From IMG/VR virus record IMGVR_UViG_3300044700_000221: a DNA stretch of 26,089 nucleotides. One strand, written 5' to 3'. Position numbers and translations under genes: made by a program. The DNA is from an uncultured virus (IMG/VR IMGVR_UViG_3300044700_000221) (lineage: Duplodnaviria; Heunggongvirae; Uroviricota; Caudoviricetes). This document shows positions 8,566-16,479 of this stretch, piece after piece. Under the pieces are notes generated by a model, which saw only the letters and a list, made by a program, of their open reading frames with translations, did no database searches and had not been told where the DNA came from. The number at the start of each line of letters is the position of its first letter. The stretch's first letter is position 1.

Positions 8566-9258
8566 ATGCAATCACGTCGTGAAGACACATCAGGGCATTC
8601 GGGTCGTCAAGTAAGTAGAGACGCTCATGATCAACGTCAAACTTCATTTGGTTCTCCCATTGAAGGCTTTCGTACTACTAGTGGACCCCTTGCTGAACAT
8701 GGAGTCCGTGTAGGCACTTATAAGGGCAACGCAGGTCCAACAGATGCAAGAACTGGCACAAGATCAGGAGAACACCTCTTCTCAGCAGAATCAACTGGTG
8801 GAGGTGAAACTGATTCACACACCATTACTGGTGACTTCTCCCACCTTGAAGTAGGTAAGCGTTACGCCTTTGGTCAGAACTACTTGCCCTCTGAATATAG
8901 TGATAGCGCTCACCACGACCTTCCTGGTGCCCCTATTACCGAGATGAACAAAAACCGCCCAGTTCCTGGAGAACGCCCGAAGATTGGTGCTGTCCGTACC
9001 GGCAGCATTGCAGGCGGCATGGTCGGCCATATCCTTGGCAGTGTTGATGGTAAGAACCTCGTTATGTCAGCAGAATCTACCGGCGGTGGAGAGAGTGACA
9101 GCCATATGTTTGATTTCCCACACGACAAAAACCTCCCCCGTACTTTTGCAGGTCAGCGCATGGCAATGGTTCCTAATCAAAATGGCAAAGGTCACGAACT
9201 CCACGTTTTCAATCCCAAGTCACACGGCCACCTGCCTGGTGCTCCACTAGAAGACTAA
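8566..9258 (+). CDS. Hypothetical protein with internal duplication (SAESTGGGExDSH twice)
   Basis: AAGGAG RBS; repeat copies at 8782-8820 and 9067-9105. Confidence 0.8.
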   Translation: MQSRREDTSGHSGRQVSRDAHDQRQTSFGSPIEGFRTTSGPLAEHGVRVGTYKGNAGPTDARTGTRSGEHLFSAESTGGGETDSHTITGDFSHLEVGKRYAFGQNYLPSEYSDSAHHDLPGAPITEMNKNRPVPGERPKIGAVRTGSIAGGMVGHILGSVDGKNLVMSAESTGGGESDSHMFDFPHDKNLPRTFAGQRMAMVPNQNGKGHELHVFNPKSHGHLPGAPLED

Positions 9259-9264
9259 GAAACA

Positions 9265-9561
9265 ATGGCGCGCCCCTGGCAAACACGACAAGAATTCCTT
9301 GTGGATCAGGCCCTTCAGGCCGCTATTAGCGACCCTGAAACTATCCGCAGTATTCGTCCTGTTGTGCCCCAGCAGTTATTCCCGCAGCGTGAAGGGTTTA
9401 GTAAGCAAGAGCCAAACGTTATGGCGGTACTCAACATGCATAGGTACACCCCTAACAACCGCTCATGGTTGTCAGGATTCCCTGTGATGAAAAACGACTT
9501 TGAAGAAGGAAACTTCTCTGGATCTAGCCGTTACTCAATGAATAGTATTGGTGGTGTTTAA
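9265..9561 (+). CDS. Hypothetical protein
   Basis: Co-oriented ORF; TAATG coupling to next gene. Confidence 0.7.
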   Translation: MARPWQTRQEFLVDQALQAAISDPETIRSIRPVVPQQLFPQREGFSKQEPNVMAVLNMHRYTPNNRSWLSGFPVMKNDFEEGNFSGSSRYSMNSIGGV

Positions 9562-9809
9562 TGAAAACTGAATGGGACCCAAGAGCTGGCGATATTACCA
9601 ATGTATCAAGCACTCCTCAAAGTCAAACTAAAATGGCGATGCCCTCGGCACTAGAACCTGGTTTTGCAATGGATCGTCAATACGAAGGTTTTGGTCCTGG
9701 TGGCAATTCAAGTTTGTTTAAACACAAACCAGTTAAATGGGCAGCTACACAACCACGTACCCTTGCGCGCGCTGATGAAGAAAAAACAAGAATGGTTGGG
9801 GGCTTATAA
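9561..9809 (+). CDS. Hypothetical protein
   Basis: TAATG overlaps at both ends. Confidence 0.7.
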   Translation: MKTEWDPRAGDITNVSSTPQSQTKMAMPSALEPGFAMDRQYEGFGPGGNSSLFKHKPVKWAATQPRTLARADEEKTRMVGGL

Positions 9810-10594
9810 TGGCTAAGGCTACTCCGTCAGCTATTCCAGCATTAACAATGGGCTCTGATGGTATGCCGCCCTCAACCCACATGCTTGGGTCTGAGGTTGC
9901 TACAGGCTACGAACAAGCCCTAGGGTTTGCTGGTTATGGTGAGTCTGGCGATAAGAAAAAAGTTCTGTACAACATGCCTGGTGTCATGCACAGCGAAATG
10001 TCAACTGGCGCTACATCAGGTGGCCGCACGTATGGCATGAACGGTGGTGGGGGTACAGTAAGTATCCCTAATTGGGGCTCAGTTAACAGCGGTGGAGCAC
10101 GCTCAAACTTTACAACTCTTTACAATGCCAGCCACACTGTTGGCCGTGGTTTTAAGAAGTTTGATAACTTTGCTCACAAAGTTACAGTTGCAAATCAAAT
10201 GAACACTTTGGCTTCATTGAACAAACAAAAGGCTGGGTTGCAACAAACCATTGCAAACAACCAACAACAAGCCCGTCAGACTAACCAAACATATGCCAAC
10301 AACTACCTGGGCCTTAATATTGACCCATGGAATGGCAACATTCTTCCCCAACCTTACCACCCTCTTATGCCTCAGCAACCAGTTGCTCTAGGAGCTCCAG
10401 CACCTCTTGGTAATGGAAACCCCAATAACTATTTGGCCAACAGGCCAGTTCTGCAAGCTCAACAACCTGCGCAACAGCCAGCTAAACAAAAGCCAGCCAA
10501 GCAGCAACAAGCACAAAAGCCCGCTAAGCAACAACCCGCTAAGCAGGCAAAAGCGCCCAAACAGGCAAAAGCACCCAAGAACCAGACCCCCTAA
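9809..10594 (+). CDS. Hypothetical protein with Gly-rich middle and Q/P/A/K repeat tail
   Basis: TAATG coupling; C-terminal QQPAK/KAPKQA repeats. Confidence 0.75.
   Translation: MAKATPSAIPALTMGSDGMPPSTHMLGSEVATGYEQALGFAGYGESGDKKKVLYNMPGVMHSEMSTGATSGGRTYGMNGGGGTVSIPNWGSVNSGGARSNFTTLYNASHTVGRGFKKFDNFAHKVTVANQMNTLASLNKQKAGLQQTIANNQQQARQTNQTYANNYLGLNIDPWNGNILPQPYHPLMPQQPVALGAPAPLGNGNPNNYLANRPVLQAQQPAQQPAKQKPAKQQQAQKPAKQQPAKQAKAPKQAKAPKNQTP
10460..10591 (+). repeat. Coding degenerate tandem repeat (QQPAK / QKPAK / QAKAPK)
   Basis: e.g. aagcccgctaagca / aacccgctaagca and caggcaaaagcgcccaaa / caggcaaaagcacccaag. Confidence 0.75.
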
Positions 10595-10614
10595 TTTTTT
10601 GATAGGATTTAAAC

Positions 10615-10842
10615 ATGGCAGTTAACTCAGCACGTTCAATGAACTTAGATCTCCACTCCGGCGTTAATGATGGCCGCTTAAAGAGCATTACACCTGACCG
10701 TGGTGGGGTATTAGACCCTGACACTAAGGTGTCTGTTCGAGCTGGTCAGCTCCAGGCTCAGTACAACGTAACCGACATTATGAAGGGTATTACCCCCAAG
10801 GTACTTGACCACGAGTATGAAAGCGGTTACGCTGAAGACTAA
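10615..10842 (+). CDS. Small hypothetical protein
   Basis: AGGA RBS; 75-aa ORF filling gap. Confidence 0.7.
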   Translation: MAVNSARSMNLDLHSGVNDGRLKSITPDRGGVLDPDTKVSVRAGQLQAQYNVTDIMKGITPKVLDHEYESGYAED

Positions 10843-10864
10843 TACCCTTAATTAGGAGCACAAC

Positions 10865-11323
10865 ATGCCGAGACTTCTAGCGTGCCGTACCTGTGGCACT
10901 ATGTACAAAATGCGTGATTATGAAGGTAACGCTGATTATGACATGGAGCTACAAGAGCTCATTAATCGTCACCTTGGTCAAGCAGAGGACCGCAACCCCG
11001 AGTCACACCTTTCTCTTATTTTCCGTGTAGATGAATCAACTTGGGAAAAACTTGGCGACGAAACCTCTGTTCAAAAAGAACTGCTCAAAAATGAATGGGT
11101 AGTTAGGGAGCTTCGTGACGATCTAAAGGTTGAAGCACTTCGATGCTTTAACCGCCATAACCGTCCTGCAAACGGCTGTATGGATTACGAAGATGAATCC
11201 AAAACCATCGGTCGCAAAGTTGGTATCCCTAAAGAGAACAGGCAGTACTTGTGCCATTACTGCCCCGCCCAAGAGCATGTGACCCACAAAAAGCGTCTTG
11301 CTAAAGGGATGTATGACGGGTGA
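10865..11323 (+). CDS. Zn-binding hypothetical protein
   Basis: AGGAG RBS; CRTC at N-terminus, C..H..C and CHYC near C-terminus. Confidence 0.8.
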   Translation: MPRLLACRTCGTMYKMRDYEGNADYDMELQELINRHLGQAEDRNPESHLSLIFRVDESTWEKLGDETSVQKELLKNEWVVRELRDDLKVEALRCFNRHNRPANGCMDYEDESKTIGRKVGIPKENRQYLCHYCPAQEHVTHKKRLAKGMYDG

Positions 11324-11793
11324 TTGTATTTAATTTTAATGTTTTAGCTACCCCCGCTGACAGCTTGGCATTAAGACAACCAGACCCTAATGGTAGGGCG
11401 TTGTTTTCAATGATGTTTGAAAAGTACATGGGCAGGATTTGTGTTGTGTCAAACACTGAATATGACCGCCATGTTTTTGAGGAATGGCTTAAACGCGAAA
11501 GATATAAAGCTTCATCTTACGAGTTTATAGATGAGGTTGACCACATCTTAAAAGCTGAAAAGGTTCATCGGATAGGTTCTGCCTTTGGCAGGATCGAGTG
11601 GTACGTAGACAATGACCCCAGAGTTTGTGCTGAAACCTTACGCCTAGGTATCCCTACCCTAGTTGCGGCAGCTCCCTACATCATTCGTCCGGAATGGGAT
11701 GGTGGCAGGAAGATGAAGGAATGGGGATCATTGGTTGATGAAATGGATACTCAGGCACTCAAAGCCGCTGAGAAGACTTGGAGAGATTTATGA
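11320..11793 (+). CDS. HAD-superfamily-like protein with degenerate motif I
   Basis: MIVFNFNVLA (N-x-N instead of D-x-D), ICVVS, K, WYVDND resemble HAD motifs I-IV; GTGA overlap. Confidence 0.55.
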   Translation: MIVFNFNVLATPADSLALRQPDPNGRALFSMMFEKYMGRICVVSNTEYDRHVFEEWLKRERYKASSYEFIDEVDHILKAEKVHRIGSAFGRIEWYVDNDPRVCAETLRLGIPTLVAAAPYIIRPEWDGGRKMKEWGSLVDEMDTQALKAAEKTWRDL

Positions 11794-13220
11794 TTGTTTT
11801 TTTTGGTGGTGCTGAAAAGGGTTCCCATAGGAACATCCTTACTGACAACGGTGTTGAGACCATGGCAGTGAACATCACACACTTGCCCATCCCCAAGACT
11901 AAAGAATTCTCTGTTCCGGTGGTGTTTAACAATTCCTCTGTAATCGTGTACTCATCTGAGAACGACGAAGACATCAACAAATACAACGACTTCATTAGGC
12001 AACACGCTGACGACCTCTTTGCGGTCATTGGGCGCCCTGACTACGACGGTGAATGGTTAGGTGAGAAGTATGTGCCCGTCTGGTCAGATGACGACGACCT
12101 AGAAAGGTTGGCTTGGCTGTGCCAGCGGTATGGGAGAGTAGCCATATCGGATAAGGCAATCAACGCTAAAACTATCCCACGTATAAGGTCCCTATCCCAG
12201 CGGTGGGGTGCACTTCTTATTGGTATTACCAGTAAGCCTGACGTGATTGAAGCACTGCCTTGGGACGTCGTTATTGTAGGTTCCTGGACCAGCGCCCTTC
12301 GTTATGGTGAAACTCAAGTATGGGATGGTCACGCACTTAGAAGGTACCCCGCTCAGCAAAAAGAGTCTTCACGCAAGAAGCATCGCCCTGACATTATTCG
12401 TCTTGGCATTGACTTTGACGCAGTAATGGAAGATGACGTACACGCTGTTGGGGCACTTGCAATCCGCTCTTGGAAAGCCTGGGAAGACCATACATTTTTG
12501 GGCTATGACCCCTCCGAAGAAGGGGACGAAGAGGAGTTTGTAAACAACGAAGAGGGGGAGATAGCAACTATATCCCCCGAAACCCATACTGAGGGTAAAG
12601 CGGTTTCGAAGGGGTCAAGTATTGCTACCGGACGTATCGAAAAGCGGCACGAGAGTGAACGCTTATTGCTACCGGTAATAGGTATAGAGAACATTGTGTC
12701 CATGGGTACACAAAGTATGTCTGACCAGGGAGAATACATAGAAGTTAACCCTGAAGAGACATCTGTAATCAAGTATCAATCGAACCCCTTACGCCAATGC
12801 GATAGTTGCTATCTAGCATCACGATGTCCTGCATTCAAGGAACATTCAGATTGTGGGTTTAGACTCCCCATCGAGATACGCACTAAAGACCAACTCCAGG
12901 CAGTACTACAAGCCATGTTAGAGATGCAGGCAAGCCGAGTTTTGTTTGCAAGATTTGCTGAAGAGCTTGAGGGACAAGGTCTCGATCCTGCGTTGTCATC
13001 TGAAATGGACAGGCTGTTCTCATTGGTTGACAAGTTTAAAAACATATCCGATAATCGAGACTTACTGCATATTCAGGTTGAAGCTAGGGGTAATGCAGGT
13101 GTATTATCTAGATTGTTTGGTCAAAAGGCAGGAGAGATTTCTCGTCAGCTACCTGGTGGAGGTTTAGATGCCAGCCTTACTGACCAATTCATATCAGATG
13201 TAATCAACATAGAGGAGTAA
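11790..13220 (+). CDS. Hypothetical protein: degenerate TGT-like TIM barrel, acidic linker, Cys cluster (CxxC-x5-C-x8-C) and helical C-terminus
   Basis: ATGA overlap; YVPVW, RVAI, LIGIT, LPWDVVIVGSWTSALRYG resemble the phage TGT-like family; CDSCYLASRCPAFKEHSDC. Confidence 0.55.
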   Translation: MIVFFGGAEKGSHRNILTDNGVETMAVNITHLPIPKTKEFSVPVVFNNSSVIVYSSENDEDINKYNDFIRQHADDLFAVIGRPDYDGEWLGEKYVPVWSDDDDLERLAWLCQRYGRVAISDKAINAKTIPRIRSLSQRWGALLIGITSKPDVIEALPWDVVIVGSWTSALRYGETQVWDGHALRRYPAQQKESSRKKHRPDIIRLGIDFDAVMEDDVHAVGALAIRSWKAWEDHTFLGYDPSEEGDEEEFVNNEEGEIATISPETHTEGKAVSKGSSIATGRIEKRHESERLLLPVIGIENIVSMGTQSMSDQGEYIEVNPEETSVIKYQSNPLRQCDSCYLASRCPAFKEHSDCGFRLPIEIRTKDQLQAVLQAMLEMQASRVLFARFAEELEGQGLDPALSSEMDRLFSLVDKFKNISDNRDLLHIQVEARGNAGVLSRLFGQKAGEISRQLPGGGLDASLTDQFISDVINIEE

Positions 13221-13226
13221 CACAAC

Positions 13227-13529
13227 ATGGAAATTGATGCTTACGGATACGCAGACCAACTAAAGAGCCTGGCAATAGAGCTTGGTGAAGACACCAGCGG
13301 CTCTATTTTGATGGATGTGCGTAAAGCTTTATATGATGCTTCGGAAGCAATCACTATTCTGGCTGACCAGTTGACTCACTACGAAACAAAGAACAGGATT
13401 GCCGTAGTTGTTGATGGCCAAGAAGTTGCTTTAGACCAAGAGCTAGTTGACCGTATCCATAACGAAACTGTTAGGACATGGATTGAAGAAGCACTAACAA
13501 TGTACATGAACGCTTCCAAGGTTATTTAG
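13227..13529 (+). CDS. Hypothetical protein
   Basis: GAGGAG RBS; coupled to next ORF (TAGTG). Confidence 0.75.
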   Translation: MEIDAYGYADQLKSLAIELGEDTSGSILMDVRKALYDASEAITILADQLTHYETKNRIAVVVDGQEVALDQELVDRIHNETVRTWIEEALTMYMNASKVI

Positions 13530-13816
13530 TGGATTGGGATGCTTCTAAGCAAGCCATAATCAATGCTCAGGTTCAACGGATTGAACAATTGGAAAAAAGC
13601 ATTGAAGAGTTACTCCCACCTGCAATGAGTTTCTTTTCAGAAACCTACTGGGCAGCTGGGTGGTTAACTGGTTTAGAAATTGAATTACCAAAAATGGAAC
13701 CAATGATCCATAGGGCAGCCCAACTCATTGGAAAGATACCTATAACATACGAGCCAGAAGGAGAAAGAGATTGGCAAATTTACCAAAAAGTACCTACCAA
13801 GAGCGACGCAGAATAG
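13529..13816 (+). CDS. Hypothetical protein
   Basis: GTG start overlapping previous stop; SETYWAAGWLTGLE. Confidence 0.7.
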   Translation: MDWDASKQAIINAQVQRIEQLEKSIEELLPPAMSFFSETYWAAGWLTGLEIELPKMEPMIHRAAQLIGKIPITYEPEGERDWQIYQKVPTKSDAE

Positions 13817-14016
13817 TCGCCGCACTTTTAATGACCTGCCTAGCCACTCTTGGTGATATTTCAGCAGAGAACGGTAGCGGTCTTCCTATTATTTCTGCAT
13901 TTGGGTTTTACTTTGTGTTGACTGCAGGCCCTCTTGTTATTGGGCGTGTACTGGACATAATTGCTGACAGCAAAGAACCTTACGACGAGTTCTACGATCA
14001 AGACAAAGACAAATAA
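13771..14016 (+). CDS. Small membrane protein (start uncertain)
   Basis: Hydrophobic segments IVAALLMTCLATLG and LPIISAFGFYFVLTAGPLVIG; acidic tail. Confidence 0.55.
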   Translation: MANLPKSTYQERRRIVAALLMTCLATLGDISAENGSGLPIISAFGFYFVLTAGPLVIGRVLDIIADSKEPYDEFYDQDKDK

Positions 14017-14018
14017 AA

Positions 14019-14393
14019 TTGACTTGGAGAACGCACGCTCTGTGCAAAGGTAACAATCTAGATTTGTGGTACCCACCCATGGATAGCACTAGCCCCAATG
14101 ACTACTACGCCATTGGGAAGCTAGTTTGCTATCGATGTCCAGTGTGGAAAGATTGCTTACAATCGGCCTCTAACGAGGTGTGGGGTATGTGGGGTGGGAT
14201 AACACCCCAAGAACGAAAAGGTACATCAAGGCCTCTCCATGGATCTGTTGAATTGTTTCGCATGGGTTGTGAATGTTCTGACTGTTCAGATGCTGGAGAT
14301 AAAGTTCATCCACCGATAAACATGAGTGTGTTGCCCCGTTCGGGCGAGCCTGTTGACACAAAAGCCCTGCTATACAAGCTAATTGAGTTTTAA
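14019..14393 (+). CDS. whiB: WhiB-family Fe-S transcription factor with C-terminal HG...GCxCxxC extension
   Basis: W...ALC, LWYP, CYRCPVWKDC, WGMWGG.TPQER. Confidence 0.9.
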   Translation: MTWRTHALCKGNNLDLWYPPMDSTSPNDYYAIGKLVCYRCPVWKDCLQSASNEVWGMWGGITPQERKGTSRPLHGSVELFRMGCECSDCSDAGDKVHPPINMSVLPRSGEPVDTKALLYKLIEF

Positions 14394-14396
14394 TGT

Positions 14397-14425
14397 AGGA
14401 AGTTCCTGTAACAGGATGGTAATAT
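14397..14425 (+). promoter_or_regulatory. Overlapping palindromes followed by extended -10 TGGTAATAT
   Basis: AGGAA-G-TTCCT (14397-14407), TCCTGT-A-ACAGGA (14404-14416), TGGTAATAT (14417-14425). Confidence 0.45.
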
Positions 14426-14433
14426 AGAAGTAC

Positions 14434-14460
14434 GGCCCTACCCCCAAAGTAGGGCCTTTC
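14434..14460 (+). terminator. GC-rich hairpin with short U tail (terminator or 5' leader hairpin)
   Basis: GGCCCTAC (14434-14441) / GTAGGGCC (14449-14456), 7-nt loop, followed by TTTC. Confidence 0.55.
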
Positions 14461-14486
14461 CATATCCCCTATCAAGGAGAAAGCTA

Positions 14487-14990
14487 TTGCGTAAACTTAC
14501 CCTAACGATTGCAGTCGCCGCACTCGTCGGCTGCAGCGGACAAGTGAGCACTCAAGAAGTACTACCCCTAATAACAACCAGTAACCCACCGGTTACAACC
14601 ACGGAAGTAGCCACAACAACCACCACTACTACAATTGCTCCAACCACAACTACAACCACTTTGGTACCGCCAGGATCGAAGTGTGAAGAACTTGCCCCAA
14701 TCGCAAGTGCGGCAGGCTGGCCCCAAGAACTCTTAGTAGATGTTCTTGAAGAAGCATGGTCAGAATCCCGTTGTTTGAATATCATTCCAGGACATAAAAA
14801 CTGGAACGGTTCAGACTACGGGCCACTTCAGATCAACAGGGTTTGGTCTAACGAAGTTGAAGACTTCTTTGGAAGTTGGGACATGGTCCAAGACCCGTTA
14901 GTGAACTTCACGTGGGCTTGGGAAATGTACAAGTGGTTTGACCACCACAAGGGTTGTGGGTTCATCCCGTGGACTCGCAAGTGTAAATAA
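14487..14990 (+). CDS. Lipoprotein with Thr-rich linker and lytic transglycosylase (SLT/lysozyme-like) domain
   Basis: AAGGAG RBS; signal peptide with lipobox LVGC; poly-Thr; ESRC, DYGPLQIN, DPLVN motifs. Confidence 0.82.
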   Translation: MRKLTLTIAVAALVGCSGQVSTQEVLPLITTSNPPVTTTEVATTTTTTTIAPTTTTTTLVPPGSKCEELAPIASAAGWPQELLVDVLEEAWSESRCLNIIPGHKNWNGSDYGPLQINRVWSNEVEDFFGSWDMVQDPLVNFTWAWEMYKWFDHHKGCGFIPWTRKCK

Positions 14991-14993
14991 TAG

Positions 14994-15022
14994 TTGAAGT
15001 GCAAGTACACTTCGTGTAACAT
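14994..15022 (+). promoter_or_regulatory. Sigma70/SigA-type promoter with inverted repeat in spacer
   Basis: TTGAAG (14994-14999), 17 nt, TAACAT (15017-15022); GAAGTG-N6-CACTTC (14996-15013). Confidence 0.6.
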
Positions 15023-15049
15023 GCACACGTAGGAACACAAGGAGTAATC

Positions 15050-15241
15050 ATGGATATCAGTAACATTGGTGGTACCGCAGAGATTGCAGAGTTGTTAGGT
15101 TGCCCTAAGCAACAGATCCACGCACTGCGGAAACAAGCTAACTTCCCAAAGCCAATCAAAGTGTTGGCCGCAACACCTCTTTGGGATCTAGATGACATTA
15201 GGCAGTTTGCTACTTTTTGGCAACGTCGTAAGCAGCACTAA
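15050..15241 (+). CDS. AlpA/excisionase-like winged HTH DNA-binding protein
   Basis: GTAEIAELLG...FPKP...PLWDLDDI pattern; AAGGAG RBS. Confidence 0.8.
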   Translation: MDISNIGGTAEIAELLGCPKQQIHALRKQANFPKPIKVLAATPLWDLDDIRQFATFWQRRKQH

Positions 15242-15244
15242 TTA

Positions 15245-15430
15245 ATGACTACCAACGACAAGCAGTACTTACCGTCAGGTAAGTACTACTGCCCGCACTG
15301 TAACTATGAGTTTGAGGTGTTTGTCCCCCTGACAGCTCCTCCAACTCATGGTTGTGGGGCTGGGAAACGTCAAAGAGTATTAGTTCACAAAGGAGTCCTC
15401 AATAATGAAACTGGGAATAGCATCGGGTGA
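15245..15430 (+). CDS. Small zinc-ribbon protein
   Basis: YYCPHCNYEFEV...PTHGC. Confidence 0.6.
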   Translation: MTTNDKQYLPSGKYYCPHCNYEFEVFVPLTAPPTHGCGAGKRQRVLVHKGVLNNETGNSIG

Positions 15431-16469
15431 CTGGCTTAGCCCAGCTAAAGCTCCGGACAAACTACACCACTGGGGTGGTTCAGGTTGGGCGCGTGTAGGA
15501 CAATACCTACCGTACATACAGCACGATTTTGTAGTTGGCACACTCGCCTGGAACCGAGACCACCTTGCGATTATTGATGAGCATGGGGTAGTCCAGGACG
15601 TTGATGTGATCTTGATGCAACGCCTAATGCACGCCGGCCTGGATCAAGCTATTCTCGAGTCCCGTAGCCAAGGTATCAAAGTTGTTAATGACATTGACGA
15701 CTGGTATTGGGGTGTATCTACGTCAAACTTAGCGTTTAATCATAACCACCCTAAAACCAATCCAAATGAAAACATTAACCACTACAGCAAGACTTTGGCT
15801 GCTTCAGACTTAATTATCTGTAGTACCCCATATCTACGGAGTCGCGTTGAGAGTTTTGTAAGGTGCCCTATTGAACTGATGCTTAACTCAGTTGACACCA
15901 ACAAATACTTGGCTCATGAAGATCGTGGGGGTACTAGGCCAATTGTAGGTTGGGTGGGAAGTACCAACCACAGGAGCAATGACATTGAAACTCTCAAGGG
16001 AGTTATAGATGTAATGGCCAGGAACGACGACATTGGACTGTACCACGGTGGCAACGCGTTAAATGCACCATCGTTTGCTTCTAAGTTGGGGGTTCCTGAA
16101 CACCTAGTAATGACCGCTCCAATATCTACTACAGAGATGTACCCATCTCTTATGATTATGGACATTGGAGTAATCCCTCTAGCTAACATTCCCTTTAATC
16201 GGGCTAAATCAGATATAAAAGGATTAGAGTACGCTGCTGCTGGCATTCCTTTTATTGCCCAAAACCTTGATGCTTATAGCGATTTACAACTGTCATTAGG
16301 TATTGGTAGGTTAGCTAAGAAAGCTATTAACTGGAAGAAACATATAGAAGAGCTGCGCCTTAACCCAGCGTTACGCCAAGAAGAAGGTGCTTACAATCGG
16401 GACGCAGTAAAAGCTCGTGACCTAAAAGTTATTGCAAAACGGTTTGTTGAAATCTTTGACAACCTGTAG
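15405..16469 (+). CDS. GT-B fold glycosyltransferase (GT4-like)
   Basis: MQR, DIDDW, VGWVGSTNH..D, DIGVIPL..FN.AKSDIKGLEYAAAGIP. Confidence 0.88.
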   Translation: MKLGIASGDWLSPAKAPDKLHHWGGSGWARVGQYLPYIQHDFVVGTLAWNRDHLAIIDEHGVVQDVDVILMQRLMHAGLDQAILESRSQGIKVVNDIDDWYWGVSTSNLAFNHNHPKTNPNENINHYSKTLAASDLIICSTPYLRSRVESFVRCPIELMLNSVDTNKYLAHEDRGGTRPIVGWVGSTNHRSNDIETLKGVIDVMARNDDIGLYHGGNALNAPSFASKLGVPEHLVMTAPISTTEMYPSLMIMDIGVIPLANIPFNRAKSDIKGLEYAAAGIPFIAQNLDAYSDLQLSLGIGRLAKKAINWKKHIEELRLNPALRQEEGAYNRDAVKARDLKVIAKRFVEIFDNL

Positions 16470-16479
16470 GCTTACCTAC

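Noticed and set aside
10593..10601. T run after the 9809-10594 gene as a terminator
   Set aside because: No convincing GC stem upstream
14590..14660. ACA/ACC-rich repeat as a DNA-level repeat array
   Set aside because: Explained by the poly-Thr linker codons
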